64,000 nt of DNA from Longimicrobiales bacterium (lineage in GTDB: Bacteria; Gemmatimonadota; Gemmatimonadetes; Longimicrobiales; Gaopeijiaceae). This document shows positions 33,917 through 44,303 of the stretch, piece after piece. Where the stretch lies: assembly GCA_965226375.1 (NCBI GenBank), contig CBDDCX010000008.1, positions 512,001 through 576,000 on the forward strand, in the 5' to 3' direction. The stretch's first letter is position 1. The number at the start of each line of letters is the position of its first letter. The notes under the pieces are model-generated. The model was not told the origin of the DNA and made no database searches. It saw only the letters and a program-made list of their open reading frames with translations. Both the position numbers and the translations under genes were made by a program.

Positions 33917-34393
33917 CTAGTCGTCCAACCAGGCGTAGGGTCGTTCGTAGAACTGACCCGAGCCACGCACCGTTCCGGCCTCGGTGTGTTCTTTCCACCG
34001 GATGATCCAGCCCCGGTTCTCGTCCTGAATGACCTTGAAAGAGAAGCCCGGAAGCTCCTGACGCTCGGCGAGGAATCGAGCGAGTGGGGCCGGCAGGTTG
34101 GAGACTCCCTCCACCTCGGCATGCTGGTGGTCCGCCATGATCTCCTCACGGATCTTCGACTCGCTCAACTTGAGCGCCCGAATGGCTTCCTCCACCGCCC
34201 CGGCGACTTCGGACAGACCTTCGTCTGGTGAACTTCCGGTCCGCCGCCGGATGGACCGGATTATCGCCCCTGTCCCGGGAGCGGAAAGATCATCACGGAT
34301 CTGCTGAAGTTGTCGGAGGAGGCGTGCGTGCAGATGTAATAGTTGCCCGTACTCTCGCTTCGCCTCAGCTGTCTTGGGGGTACTTCCGGTCAT
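33917..34393 (-). CDS. Hypothetical protein
   Basis: Helical N-half and aromatic C-terminus (RGW..RWKE...GQFYERPYAWLDD); fills the gap between neighbours. Confidence 0.6.
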   Translation of the reverse strand: MTGSTPKTAEAKREYGQLLHLHARLLRQLQQIRDDLSAPGTGAIIRSIRRRTGSSPDEGLSEVAGAVEEAIRALKLSESKIREEIMADHQHAEVEGVSNLPAPLARFLAERQELPGFSFKVIQDENRGWIIRWKEHTEAGTVRGSGQFYERPYAWLDD

Positions 34394-34524
34394 TCGCTCA
34401 TCTGATTGATCGGGCGGTGGTGGCATCGCGAACCCCGTAAGATGGCCACGAATCAGGACATAAGTCGAGAGTTTCGTACTCGACCGTTTGGGAGGGGCAT
34501 TGGCGAACCCGGGCCGACGGGACC

Positions 34525-35106
34525 ATGTTCAGGTCCATGGACAGTAGCGATGTACCGAACGAAGAGGGTGTGGGGCCGAAGCCCACGCCGATAAGGGAGG
34601 TGGTAGGAGAGCCACGCCCTAACCCCCGCCGGCGCGCGGACGAGCCCCATGTCGGAGATTCGCCAGAGCAGCGTGCGCGGGGTCAGCGAGAGCGCCCGAA
34701 GGGCTCCCGCGACAAGGGGCGTTCGGTAGGGAGGGGAAGAGATCGAGGGCAGGGGCGGACCGCGCCTCGTTCGGTGCGTGCCGGGTTGGACGGCCAGGCC
34801 TCGAAACCGACCGCGGTGCAAGATCTCCCGTCGCGTGAGTTCGTGAGCGAGGGCGTCGAATGGATCCTCCGTCTCTCTGGCCGGAGTTCAACGGGGTCGC
34901 CGTCCGATCCAGGGGCTCCGTTGCTCCATCTCATGTTCTACAGAGCTGATGAGCCACTAGTAGAGGTATGTGAGGCTCTGATTCCGGGTGATTCGATCGA
35001 TCGCCTTTTTGAGGCGGATCTGGCCGCGGTGGTCGAATCGGCGAGGAAAGCGACAATGCCGGAGGAGCCCTCGAAGGTCCCTCCGACACCCAGTCCCAGC
35101 GAGTAA
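34525..35106 (+). CDS. Hypothetical protein
   Basis: Disordered Arg-rich N-half and globular-looking C-half; start uncertain. Confidence 0.5.
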   Translation: MFRSMDSSDVPNEEGVGPKPTPIREVVGEPRPNPRRRADEPHVGDSPEQRARGQRERPKGSRDKGRSVGRGRDRGQGRTAPRSVRAGLDGQASKPTAVQDLPSREFVSEGVEWILRLSGRSSTGSPSDPGAPLLHLMFYRADEPLVEVCEALIPGDSIDRLFEADLAAVVESARKATMPEEPSKVPPTPSPSE

Positions 35107-35331
35107 GGCCTCATTCGAGACCAGTCTGCTCGTTGGCAAGCTCGAGGTCGTCGTAACCGATTCGGTGTTCCCAGTTAACAATTCCGTGTCTCGCTGACTC
35201 ACATAGGCGCGTCAGGACCTGGTGGGGGCGGGGCCTCGGACACAGGGCTCAGGGTTTTGCACCGAAACCTCGCTTTCGTGAGATTCAGGAAGACGCAGGG
35301 ACTCAACACCAGGGGCGGTGGCGGTGTCTCC

Positions 35332-35907
35332 ATGGATGTGACCGAACAAGTGCCAGACGTAGATCTGGTCCGCCGGGCGTGCGCCGGTGACGGTGCAGCC
35401 TTCGGAGGGCTCGTCGAGCGTTACATGCGAGCCGCCTACGCCGTGGCGCTATCGGTGACCGGAAGACACGAGGATGCTGAAGACGCCGCACAGGAAGCCT
35501 TTATGGTGGCGCTCGAGCGGATCGAAGAGTGCAGGAGCCCCGATCGGTTCGCGGGGTGGCTCATGACCATCGTCAGGAATCGGTCCCGCAACCTCGTTCG
35601 GAGGGAAGTGCTAAGGGGAACGGATGAGGTGCCAGATGGGGCTTCGGCAAAGGGGCCGACGCCCGAGCGGGCTGCCGAGCAGATCGAGCTCGAGGAGCGG
35701 CTGTCGAAGGCCCTTGGAGAGCTGCCGGAGGTCCAGAGAGAGATTGTGTTGCTGCACGACCTCGAGGGGTGGAAGCATAGGGAGATCGCCGAACGGTTGG
35801 AAATTCCATCCGGCACGGTGCGCTCCCATCTCCACTTCGCGAGGAAAGCGCTACAAAAGGATTTGAGCCTGTCCGAACATAGGACGGATACTAGGGAGAG
35901 AGCATGA
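35332..35907 (+). CDS. ECF sigma-70 factor
   Basis: D..AF..LVERY, DAEDAAQEAF, F.GWL..I.RN, EIA..L.IP.GTVRS.LH.AR. Confidence 0.9.
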   Translation: MDVTEQVPDVDLVRRACAGDGAAFGGLVERYMRAAYAVALSVTGRHEDAEDAAQEAFMVALERIEECRSPDRFAGWLMTIVRNRSRNLVRREVLRGTDEVPDGASAKGPTPERAAEQIELEERLSKALGELPEVQREIVLLHDLEGWKHREIAERLEIPSGTVRSHLHFARKALQKDLSLSEHRTDTRERA

Positions 35908-36320
35908 CGAACAACGGTCGAGGGAGCGGTCCGGGCCTTCACGGGGACGAGGGGCCTTTGGCATCCCGCTACGACCTCGGAGTACTCGATCCGGGCCGCA
36001 CAGACCCCGGGTATTGGGCCCGATTCCGGTCACATGTGATGACGAGGGCCGCAGACGAACTCGCCAGACGACGTGTAATGGCGGACATCACAGTGCTGGA
36101 GCTTGCGCAGTCGTGGGCCAGGGTACTGGTGCCGGCAGCGGCCGTTGCCGCGGCGGTGGGGGCGGTGATGCTTTCCCAAGGTCGTGTACCCGGGTCACTG
36201 GCGATCGCAGGTCCAGAAGAAGTCCTGACCCAGGAGCTCGAGGATCGGACCCTGCCCGACTTCATGGCACTGGAAGAAGCGGAAGAGGGCGCCTTCCTGT
36301 TGGCTGGAGGGACCTACTGA
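35904..36320 (+). CDS. Putative anti-sigma factor
   Basis: ATGA overlap with the sigma gene; single TM helix. Confidence 0.6.
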   Translation: MTNNGRGSGPGLHGDEGPLASRYDLGVLDPGRTDPGYWARFRSHVMTRAADELARRRVMADITVLELAQSWARVLVPAAAVAAAVGAVMLSQGRVPGSLAIAGPEEVLTQELEDRTLPDFMALEEAEEGAFLLAGGTY

Positions 36321-36739
36321 TGCCGATTAGAAGAATGTTGCGGGCAAAGGTAGTGGCGGGAGCCGCTTTGACGCTGCTCTTTGGAAGCGGCGTTGTGGTT
36401 GGTCTGGCGTGGGACGAGACGGCCAGCGCCAGCACTCCCGAGGCGACACGCACGGAGGAACCGGAGACGGACCGCGACCGAAACAACGGAAGGGTCATCG
36501 ATAGGGTCGGGCTCAGCGAGGTACAGAATGCGTCTGTCGACTCGCTCGTGGCCTACTATCGGGGACCGATGCGGGACTTGAATGCCGAGTTCAGGCCTCG
36601 CTACCGAGCCGTCATCGGTGACCTCAGGGAAGCGATCAAAGAGATCCTGACCGACGAGCAGCGCGCGATGTACGAAGTGCTTCTTGAAGAGCACGACGCG
36701 AAGCACCACTCACGGCGCTCGAGGGACTCGAAACAGTAA
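36320..36739 (+). CDS. Periplasmic helical protein (Spy/CpxP-like)
   Basis: TGATG coupling, N-terminal TM, LSEVQ and ILTDEQR (LTxxQ-like) motifs. Confidence 0.6.
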   Translation: MPIRRMLRAKVVAGAALTLLFGSGVVVGLAWDETASASTPEATRTEEPETDRDRNNGRVIDRVGLSEVQNASVDSLVAYYRGPMRDLNAEFRPRYRAVIGDLREAIKEILTDEQRAMYEVLLEEHDAKHHSRRSRDSKQ

Positions 36740-36744
36740 TCCTC

Positions 36745-38055
36745 ATGACCATTCGATTGACACTTACGCTCGGCGCCTTGATGGCCCTGAGCACGCCGGG
36801 GAGCGCGCAGGAGCGGCCTCTCCTCGATCCGGGGGTGACCCGGGTAACTCTGGACGATGCCATTGCCCAGGCTCTGATACTGAGCCCGCTGATGGCCCAG
36901 TCCGAGCAGTCGGTCATCAACGCGGGGGAGTCCAAGAGAACGGCTGTTGGAGCGTTCATCCCAACGTTGTCCACGAGCTCCGGTATGTCGGTCCGAAGCG
37001 CGGACCAGTTCGACCCGGGAACGAATCGGCTCGTTTCGGGGAGCGCGAGCTCCTATAACGCAGGCCTCAACGCGCGCTACGACATCTTCCGTGGTGGCCA
37101 GCGATTCTCGGACCTCAGTCGGGCCAGGGCCGACCTGACGGCTGCCGAGTCACGCCGCCAGGATCAGCGATTCGGTGTCATTCTACAGACCAAGAACCTG
37201 TTCTTCCAGGCACTGCGGCAGGCAGAGCTTCTAGAGGTGGCACGGCGCCGAATTGCGCAGGCGAACCAGAGCCTCGAGATGACCCGGGCCCAAGTTCTCG
37301 TGGGCGCGGGGACCGTGTCGGACACCTTGAGGGCTCGCCTCGAGTACATCAACGCCCGTCAGGCGGTACTCCGCGCCGAGGTGGCGACGCGGGCCGCTCG
37401 CTTTGGTCTTGGACGACAGATCGGAGAAGCTGCGCCCGTAATTCCCGAGGCCCCCGGTGACCTTTCTCCCCGTCCGCTTCCCATGGTCGAGGCTGAGGTA
37501 CTGCAGATCGCCGAGTCCCTGGCTCCGTCGGTCATGGCCGCCCAAGCAGCCACGTTGGCGGCCCAACAGGCCTACTCTTCGTCCAAGAGTGTCTATATCC
37601 CGACCGTGAGCCTGAGCAGCGGGTACAACTGGTCGAATCAGCAAGCTTCGTTCGGTGGTGGACGGACGAGCTGGAACCTGAATTTCAACCTCAGCTACCC
37701 GCTTTTCAACGGGTTCAGCCGTGAAGCGAGCGTTGTGCGGGCTGAGTATTCGACACGGCTCGCGCGTATCCAAGAGGACGATGCCCGGCTGGGTTCGCGC
37801 CAAGCGACCGACGCCGCATTGAGAGATTTGGAGACGGCGGAGTTGGCAATCGATATTGCGCAGGAAGCGGTGGCTGTTGCGGACGAGGACCTGAGGGTCA
37901 CTCGGGCGAGGTATGAAGCGGACGTGGCGATCATCCTGGACGTCATCACGAGTCAGGTCGCCTCTGATCAGGCGAGGGTGGACCTCGTGAACGCGCGCTA
38001 CGACTACGGCCTGGCTCGCGCGGAACTCGAGGCGATTCTGGGGAGGGAACTGTGA
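36745..38055 (+). CDS. TolC-family outer membrane protein
   Basis: Signal peptide, TLDDAI..AL, duplicated outer-membrane-efflux helical repeats. Confidence 0.9.
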   Translation: MTIRLTLTLGALMALSTPGSAQERPLLDPGVTRVTLDDAIAQALILSPLMAQSEQSVINAGESKRTAVGAFIPTLSTSSGMSVRSADQFDPGTNRLVSGSASSYNAGLNARYDIFRGGQRFSDLSRARADLTAAESRRQDQRFGVILQTKNLFFQALRQAELLEVARRRIAQANQSLEMTRAQVLVGAGTVSDTLRARLEYINARQAVLRAEVATRAARFGLGRQIGEAAPVIPEAPGDLSPRPLPMVEAEVLQIAESLAPSVMAAQAATLAAQQAYSSSKSVYIPTVSLSSGYNWSNQQASFGGGRTSWNLNFNLSYPLFNGFSREASVVRAEYSTRLARIQEDDARLGSRQATDAALRDLETAELAIDIAQEAVAVADEDLRVTRARYEADVAIILDVITSQVASDQARVDLVNARYDYGLARAELEAILGREL

Positions 38056-38759
38056 GCGATCTGATCATTCGCACCAAGGGGCTCAAGAAGTACTACGTCT
38101 TGGGTGCCGAGACGGTGCGAGCGCTGAGGGGGGTGGATCTGGATATCCGCCCGGGCGAATTCGTTGCGATCATGGGGCCCTCGGGGAGCGGCAAGTCGAC
38201 GTTCATGAACCTGATCGGATGCCTCGACACCCCGACGGAAGGCGAGTACTGGCTAAACGGCGTTCCGGTCAGTGACCTCTCCGACGACGAGCTCGCACGC
38301 ATTCGCAACCGGGAGATCGGATTCGTCTTCCAAACCTTCAACCTTCTGCCGAGGGCCACGGCACTTCACAACGTGGAGCTCCCGCTCATCTACGCCGGAG
38401 TCGCCGCCAAGGAGCGCAGGCAGCGGGCCGAGGATAAACTCGAGCTTGTCGGTCTGGCAGATCGGATGGATCACCGCCCGCCGGAGCTTTCGGGTGGGCA
38501 GAGACAGAGGGTGGCCGTGGCGAGGGCGTTGGTAAACAACCCAGCGCTTCTCCTCGCGGATGAGCCGACCGGCAACCTCGACTCGGTGACGAGCGAGGAG
38601 ATCATGGCCGTGTTCGTTGAGTTGAACAGACAGGGCCAGACCCTCATCATCGTCACGCACGAACATGACATCGCAGAATATACCAAGCGGCAGGTCCACC
38701 TTCACGACGGCATAATCGCCAAGGACTTCCTGCACGAGCCGACGGGGATACACGTATGA
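38052..38759 (+). CDS. ABC transporter ATPase (MacB/LolD-like)
   Basis: [35 protein letters not shown]. Confidence 0.93.
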   Translation: MSDLIIRTKGLKKYYVLGAETVRALRGVDLDIRPGEFVAIMGPSGSGKSTFMNLIGCLDTPTEGEYWLNGVPVSDLSDDELARIRNREIGFVFQTFNLLPRATALHNVELPLIYAGVAAKERRQRAEDKLELVGLADRMDHRPPELSGGQRQRVAVARALVNNPALLLADEPTGNLDSVTSEEIMAVFVELNRQGQTLIIVTHEHDIAEYTKRQVHLHDGIIAKDFLHEPTGIHV

Positions 38760-40339
38760 CCGCCTCCAGAATCATGAGATCTTGGGGAGCCGTGCTCGCC
38801 CTACCGCTCGCTCTCGCGTGCGGAACCACCGAGGCTGAAGAGGCCCCGACCGTACAGACCGCCGTGGTCGAGCGCGGAGACCTGATGATCACCGCCGAGG
38901 CGACCGGCAACGTGGAGCCTGTCCGCAAGGTCGAGGTCAAGTCCAAGGCGTCCGGCGAGATCTTGCGACTCCATGTCGACATCGGCGACCAGGTCGAGCC
39001 TGGAGCCCTCCTTGCAGAGGTCGACCCCAGGGACGTCCGGAACGCATCAGCGCAGGCTGAGGCCGATCTGGAGGTGTCCCAGGCCCGGCTGGACATCGCC
39101 CTGGCCCAGCTCGGACGTTCCGAAGAGCTCCTGGCTTCCGGCGTGATCTCGATGCAGGAGCATGAGAGCAAGAACCTGGAGTTCGCCAACGCCCAAGCTA
39201 CGCACGTGAAGGCGCTGACAAACCACGAGTTGGCTCAGCTTCGTCTACAGGACGTGACGATTCGGGCGCCGATGGCCGGGACCATCCTCGAGAAGAACGT
39301 CGAGGAAGGTCAGGTCATCCAGTCGGCTTCTCAGAACGTGTCGGGTGGCACGGTGCTTCTGATCATGGCTAATCTGCAAGAAATGCAGGTACGGACGCTC
39401 GTAGACGAGACGGATATGGGGGAGATCCGTGCCGGTATGCGGGCCGTGGTCACGGTCGAGGCTTACCCGGACCGGCCCTTCGTTGGAGAGGTTGAGAAAA
39501 TCGAGCCTCAGGCCGTGGTCCAGCAGAACGTGACCATGTTTCCCGTCATCGTTCGGCTGGACAACGGGTCCGGGCTCCTCAAGCCCGGAATGAACGCCGA
39601 GGTCGAAGTGGAGATCGCCGAGGCTCCGTCGGTGCTGCTGATCCCCAACGCTGCCGTGGTTACCCCGCAGGAGGCGGTGCCCGCGGCAATGGTCCTCGGG
39701 CTTCCGGAGGACGCGGTCGACATGCGGGGTATGTTTGCCGGCATGGGCGGCGGCCGAGGTGGCCCCGGGTTCGGTGGGCAGCGCTCTGGGCAGGGTGGTG
39801 ACGCCCGTGGAGAAAGAGGCGGCCGACAGGGTGCCACACCCGGAGCGGGAACAGGGGCTGCGCGCCCAGATGGTGGACAAGGGCGGCCGGGCGCGGGGAT
39901 CGCTGGTGGGGACCGGGCCGGTCTGGACTCGATCCGAGCCCGGGTGGCGAGGGGTGAGATTTCCCAAGACTCGGCACGAGCGATATTCCAGCGAAGACGA
40001 GCAGCTACGGGTGAGGGGACTGGCGGGCCCGGCCAGGGTTTCGGACGCCTGCCCGGAGATCAAGGCCCTGGCGAGGCCCCACTGCAGCAGTCACGGCGTG
40101 CCGTCGTCTTCGTGATGATGCAGGACGGGACGATCGAACCGCGTGCGGTGATGATCGGATTGAACGACTGGGACTACACTCAGGTGGTGATTGGGGTCGA
40201 GGAGGGTGAGCAGGTGGCCCTCATCGGCGCCGCCCAATTGAGGGCGACGCAGGACGCGTTCCTGGAGCGGATTCGGTCCCGGACGTCCCCCTTCGGGGGC
40301 GGTGGCCCCGGAAGTGGCGGCGGCCGCGGGCGACGGTAG
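38756..40339 (+). CDS. Efflux periplasmic adaptor (MacA-like lipoprotein)
   Basis: Lipobox ALA-C, IRAPMAG, LKPGMNA; Gly/Arg-rich insertion. Confidence 0.88.
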   Translation: MTASRIMRSWGAVLALPLALACGTTEAEEAPTVQTAVVERGDLMITAEATGNVEPVRKVEVKSKASGEILRLHVDIGDQVEPGALLAEVDPRDVRNASAQAEADLEVSQARLDIALAQLGRSEELLASGVISMQEHESKNLEFANAQATHVKALTNHELAQLRLQDVTIRAPMAGTILEKNVEEGQVIQSASQNVSGGTVLLIMANLQEMQVRTLVDETDMGEIRAGMRAVVTVEAYPDRPFVGEVEKIEPQAVVQQNVTMFPVIVRLDNGSGLLKPGMNAEVEVEIAEAPSVLLIPNAAVVTPQEAVPAAMVLGLPEDAVDMRGMFAGMGGGRGGPGFGGQRSGQGGDARGERGGRQGATPGAGTGAARPDGGQGRPGAGIAGGDRAGLDSIRARVARGEISQDSARAIFQRRRAATGEGTGGPGQGFGRLPGDQGPGEAPLQQSRRAVVFVMMQDGTIEPRAVMIGLNDWDYTQVVIGVEEGEQVALIGAAQLRATQDAFLERIRSRTSPFGGGGPGSGGGRGRR

Positions 40340-40342
40340 TCC

Positions 40343-41557
40343 ATGCTCATCCGAGAGATCCTCTGGGTAGCGTTGGGTGCGGTTCGGGCGAACGCGCTCC
40401 GCTCCTTCTTGACCACGCTGGGCATCATCATCGGCGTCTCAGCCGTGATCGCCATGGTGGCGCTGGGTGAGGGGGCTCAGCGTCGAGTCGAAGAGCAGAT
40501 ATCGAGGATGGGCACGAACGTGCTCACGATCAGCCCGGGGCAGCGGTATTTCGGTGGTGTCTCCACGGGTGATACGGAGGACCTCACCGTGGAGGATGCC
40601 GAGGCCCTTCGGGACGAGAGCGGCGGGCTGCTGAGCATCTCTCCGATGGTGAGCTCCCGTGTTCAAATCGCCTATCTCCGCTGGAATTCGAGCAACCAGG
40701 TCCGAGGGATTTGGCCGGCCTACTTCGACATGTACAGCCTGCATGTTGAACACGGCGAGGCCTTCAACCGGGGGCACGTCCAGGGAAGGCGCCGTGTGGC
40801 GGTGCTGGGGTATGCCGTTCCCGAGTCATTGGGGACGCCGGCGGCCGTGCTCGTAGGCAAGAGGATCCAGATCCGTGGGCAGCCGTTCGAGGTGGTAGGC
40901 GTCATGGAAGAGAAGGGCGACGCCGGCTTCTTCCGTCCGGACGACGAGGTCTTCATTCCGACCTCGACCGCTCAGTTCCGGGTGGGCGGTGGACGCCGCA
41001 GGCTTTCTTCTATCTACGCCCAGGTACCATCCACCGACGCCATGGACCGCGCCTTTGCCGAGATCGACCGCATCCTGCGGCGTGAGCACAGGGTTAGGCC
41101 CGGAGAGAACACCGACTTCAGTATCCGGAACTCGAGCGATCTTGTCGCCACGTTCAACGAGACCACCCAGACATTCACGATGCTTCTCGCGGGCATCGCG
41201 GCCATCAGCCTGATCGTGGGCGGCATCGGCATCATGAACATCATGCTGGTGAGCGTTACCGAGCGGACCCGCGAGATCGGTGTCCGGAAGGCACTCGGCG
41301 CCACGCGGAGGGCGATCCTCTTCCAGTTCCTCATCGAGGCCCTGGTTCTGTGCATCCTGGGGGGCATCCTGGGCGTCCTCGTGGGTGTGGGTGGGGCGGA
41401 GGCCCTTACGCGCTTCGCCGACTGGGAGACTGCCGTGGCAGTTGAGTCGGTCGTGTTGGCTCTGGCCTTTTCCGCCGGCATCGGCCTGTTCTTCGGAATT
41501 TGGCCCGCCCAGCGAGCGGCCAAGTTGGATCCCATCGACGCCTTACGCCACGAATAG
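40343..41557 (+). CDS. MacB-type ABC permease
   Basis: RSFLT.LGIIIGV, GGIGIMNIMLVSVTERTREIG.RKALGA, A..LDPIDALR.E. Confidence 0.93.
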   Translation: MLIREILWVALGAVRANALRSFLTTLGIIIGVSAVIAMVALGEGAQRRVEEQISRMGTNVLTISPGQRYFGGVSTGDTEDLTVEDAEALRDESGGLLSISPMVSSRVQIAYLRWNSSNQVRGIWPAYFDMYSLHVEHGEAFNRGHVQGRRRVAVLGYAVPESLGTPAAVLVGKRIQIRGQPFEVVGVMEEKGDAGFFRPDDEVFIPTSTAQFRVGGGRRRLSSIYAQVPSTDAMDRAFAEIDRILRREHRVRPGENTDFSIRNSSDLVATFNETTQTFTMLLAGIAAISLIVGGIGIMNIMLVSVTERTREIGVRKALGATRRAILFQFLIEALVLCILGGILGVLVGVGGAEALTRFADWETAVAVESVVLALAFSAGIGLFFGIWPAQRAAKLDPIDALRHE

Positions 41558-41568
41558 ACTGCGCCGCA

Positions 41569-41724
41569 GGGGGGCGGCGACCTCGCTTTGGCATGGTAGG
41601 TCGTTGGGAGGAGATATGGCCTCTCCCGAACCCCGCTTCGGTACCACCGCTTCGCGGCAGATGGGTTCGGGAGAGGCCATATCTCCTCCCAACGCGGGCT
41701 TTAGTCGCGAGGACCCCGCTCCCC
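41569..41724 (+). repeat. Structured palindromic element, copy B
   Basis: Perfect 32-bp inverted repeat (41602-41633 / 41663-41694), imperfect 18-bp outer stem, core shared with copy A. Confidence 0.85.
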
Positions 41725-41792
41725 AGCGGCTTATGGAAGGCTTGGGCTGGGTAGGTGGCTGAGCAGCCGGCAAACGTCCTCCCTGCCAGCTC

Positions 41793-41910
41793 CGCGGTAG
41801 CATCAAGCTGGAGGCGTGTGCGTCACCCTCCGGAGACGGTCCGCGGCAACGCCGTGGAGCGAAGCGTCGGCTCAGGAGGGTGACGCACACACCTCCAGCC
41901 GCCTACCGCG
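41793..41910 (-). repeat. Long hairpin, probably related to elements A/B
   Basis: 25-bp arms 41807-41831 / 41875-41899 (1 mismatch), outer cgcggtag/ctaccgcg pair; minus-strand loop is cgcttcgctccac plus a small hairpin. Confidence 0.7.
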
Positions 41911-43414
41911 ATAGCGTTACCAGGTGCGGTTGGCCTTTGCGGACCAGGGAGAGGATGGCGCTGCGCTCTCGGGCGTACACACCCTCTAGTGCCGAACGCA
42001 AAGCCACCAGGCTCCCGACGTTCTCGCTTCCGACCCTGACGACTACATCGCCCGGGACCAGGCCCGCGTTGAACGCGGGCGTGCCTCTCAGTACATCGAT
42101 GACGAGCACGCCCCGGTCGGTGCCGAAGTACTCGGACAACTCGGGATTCAAGTCGCTGAATTGGGCGCCGCCCACGAAGTTGCGACCGACCAGACCTGCG
42201 CTCACGGGCCTTATTCGTACCAGCGGAGGTGTTGCGACAGTGCCGGCGGCACGAGCGCGCTCCCTTCTCTCGAGAGAACCCACCTCGGCGAGTCTCGCCG
42301 CAACTTGTGAAAGCTCCTCCGAGACCCGGTCGTTGTCGGACCTCAACCTGTTGAGCTGAACGTCCGTTTCCCCGAGTGCCCTAGCCTGTCGCGTGATGAT
42401 CGTGACGATTTCCCGCTCACGGGTACGCGTTGCTTCGTTCAGCGTGTGCAACTCGGTCCGAAGTCGGATGACCGCCGTCTTCAACGAGTCCGCCTCCTGA
42501 GAAGACAGAAGGAGGTACTCGAACGGGAGCGCCGACTCCGCGCTCAAGACCACCGAGTAGCGACCACGGGCCTCTACGTTGGGAGCTACCAGCACCGGCT
42601 CTGAGCTCGACCAGCCCCGCACCGAGTCGCTTCCGAAGCTCCACAAGAACCCGCCCGGCCCGAGCGTGACGGAGATGTCGCCTAGTGAGGGCGGCTCCGG
42701 CGGCCTTGCGAAGGCAAGGTCGGGTGACGGCTCTCTCGATCGCGATCGAAAGCTGAACGCGACCGCATTTCTCCTCGCCTGGTCCAGGATCCGATTCGAT
42801 ACCTCCTCGATGGAGTCCCCGGATATGAGCAATCTCACGTGATCGCGGCTCGCCCAAACACCCCGTCCCGATTCCAATCGCGCCTCGAACGACTCGCGAA
42901 CGGCTTCCAGCCGCTCCGACACGTCGGAGGGCAGTGTGAAGTCGGGGCGTGCTCCGGCGGTGAGCGACACGGTACGATGCCGATTATCGCGGCCCTGCAC
43001 CCCGAAGTGGACTTCGTCGCCGATCTCGAGGCTGCCCGTGAGCCGCTCCCATGCCGAGAGTGTCAGCGGCTCTCCATGGATACGCTGGATGACGTCACCC
43101 GGCATCATGCCGGCCAACGCAGCGGGGCTTCCGTCAACGGTCCTCACGACCCGAATGACCGTCTCTCCGGGACCAGTTCCGTCCCTCGTTACCGAGATGT
43201 TGATGCTGACACCCATCCATCCCCGGTCCAAGTGCCCCATGACGATGGTTGGTCGGACCTGCGTCCTGACGTTGCTGCCTGTGCCCACCTGGGCCCGTGC
43301 CTGAGGTGGAGAGAGGACGATCGCCACCGACATGGCGATCAAAACCACCGGACGAGGGGTCCGGAGCCACCTACGGAGACTCGGCATCGTCATTTCGGAT
43401 CGGAGGGGCCGCAT
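41903..43414 (-). CDS. Secreted double-PDZ-domain protein
   Basis: Signal peptide (ARA-Q); GWMGVSI..GSPA..AG..PGDVI and GVLV..V..GTPA..AGL.PGDV; coiled-coil linker; no protease domain recognised. Confidence 0.8.
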   Translation of the reverse strand: MRPLRSEMTMPSLRRWLRTPRPVVLIAMSVAIVLSPPQARAQVGTGSNVRTQVRPTIVMGHLDRGWMGVSINISVTRDGTGPGETVIRVVRTVDGSPAALAGMMPGDVIQRIHGEPLTLSAWERLTGSLEIGDEVHFGVQGRDNRHRTVSLTAGARPDFTLPSDVSERLEAVRESFEARLESGRGVWASRDHVRLLISGDSIEEVSNRILDQARRNAVAFSFRSRSREPSPDLAFARPPEPPSLGDISVTLGPGGFLWSFGSDSVRGWSSSEPVLVAPNVEARGRYSVVLSAESALPFEYLLLSSQEADSLKTAVIRLRTELHTLNEATRTREREIVTIITRQARALGETDVQLNRLRSDNDRVSEELSQVAARLAEVGSLERRERARAAGTVATPPLVRIRPVSAGLVGRNFVGGAQFSDLNPELSEYFGTDRGVLVIDVLRGTPAFNAGLVPGDVVVRVGSENVGSLVALRSALEGVYARERSAILSLVRKGQPHLVTLSR

Positions 43415-44085
43415 CAGAACCAGTTGTCTCCACCGCTCACGGAGATCTGCCTCAGCGTTTCTTGACGTTCAGCGAGCACGTTGACCAGGAACCCGTTGAA
43501 CACCGGATCGGCAGGGGCGAGGCGTAGAGCTTCCTGGCTTGCGGCGAGGAGCCCCTCGAGCGCCGCGACACGGCTCAGCGGATCCTCGAATCGGGTCTGG
43601 TTATCACCGCCCGCCAACTGACGGAAACGCACCAGGGCCTGCATGTAGGTTTGCTCCGCGAACTGGACGGCTTGGGCCGCCTCATCGGCCGTGGAGATCT
43701 GCGATACCGGGACCATCATGCTCTCGAGGGAGAAGGGATCGACCGCTCCGTTGTGAGTGGTCACCGCGAGCCCGAAACCGGTCCCGCCCAGGAAAAGTAC
43801 GACGGCCGCGGCAGCCTGCATCCATGCCGGGGCTGCGGCAAAGCCGAAGCGACGGAAGCTCTCTTCGGTCCGAATCAGACCCTCGCTCACCAAACGCGCC
43901 TCCAGCGACCCCCAGTCACCCGGAGGTGGCCGGATGGCTGTGAGCTCTCCCAGGCTCTCCGATTGGAGCCTGAATGCCCGAAGCTCCTCGGCGCACTGCG
44001 TGCATGAGTGTAGATGCTCCCGCTCGTCCGGATTGGGACGCTCGTCGACGAGGCGGGCCAGAGTTTCGCTTGTCAGATGCTCCAT
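43414..44085 (-). CDS. Zinc-binding anti-sigma factor (zf-HC2)
   Basis: HLT...EHLHSCTQC motif and a TM helix. Confidence 0.8.
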   Translation of the reverse strand: MEHLTSETLARLVDERPNPDEREHLHSCTQCAEELRAFRLQSESLGELTAIRPPPGDWGSLEARLVSEGLIRTEESFRRFGFAAAPAWMQAAAAVVLFLGGTGFGLAVTTHNGAVDPFSLESMMVPVSQISTADEAAQAVQFAEQTYMQALVRFRQLAGGDNQTRFEDPLSRVAALEGLLAASQEALRLAPADPVFNGFLVNVLAERQETLRQISVSGGDNWF

Positions 44086-44303
44086 GCTTCCAATTCCTCT
44101 CGGTCATCCGGCGTATTCAACGCCTTCAGCAACTCTCTCATCTTCCCCCGCGCCTTGAACAGTTGGGACTTCGATGTCCCCGACGCCGTTCCCAACAACT
44201 CACCGATCTCATCGTGCGTATAACCCTCCACGTCGTGGAGGATCAGGACCTTTCGCATGCGCTCAGGCAGACGGTCCAGCGCCCACTCCAGTTTTTGGCC
44301 CAG

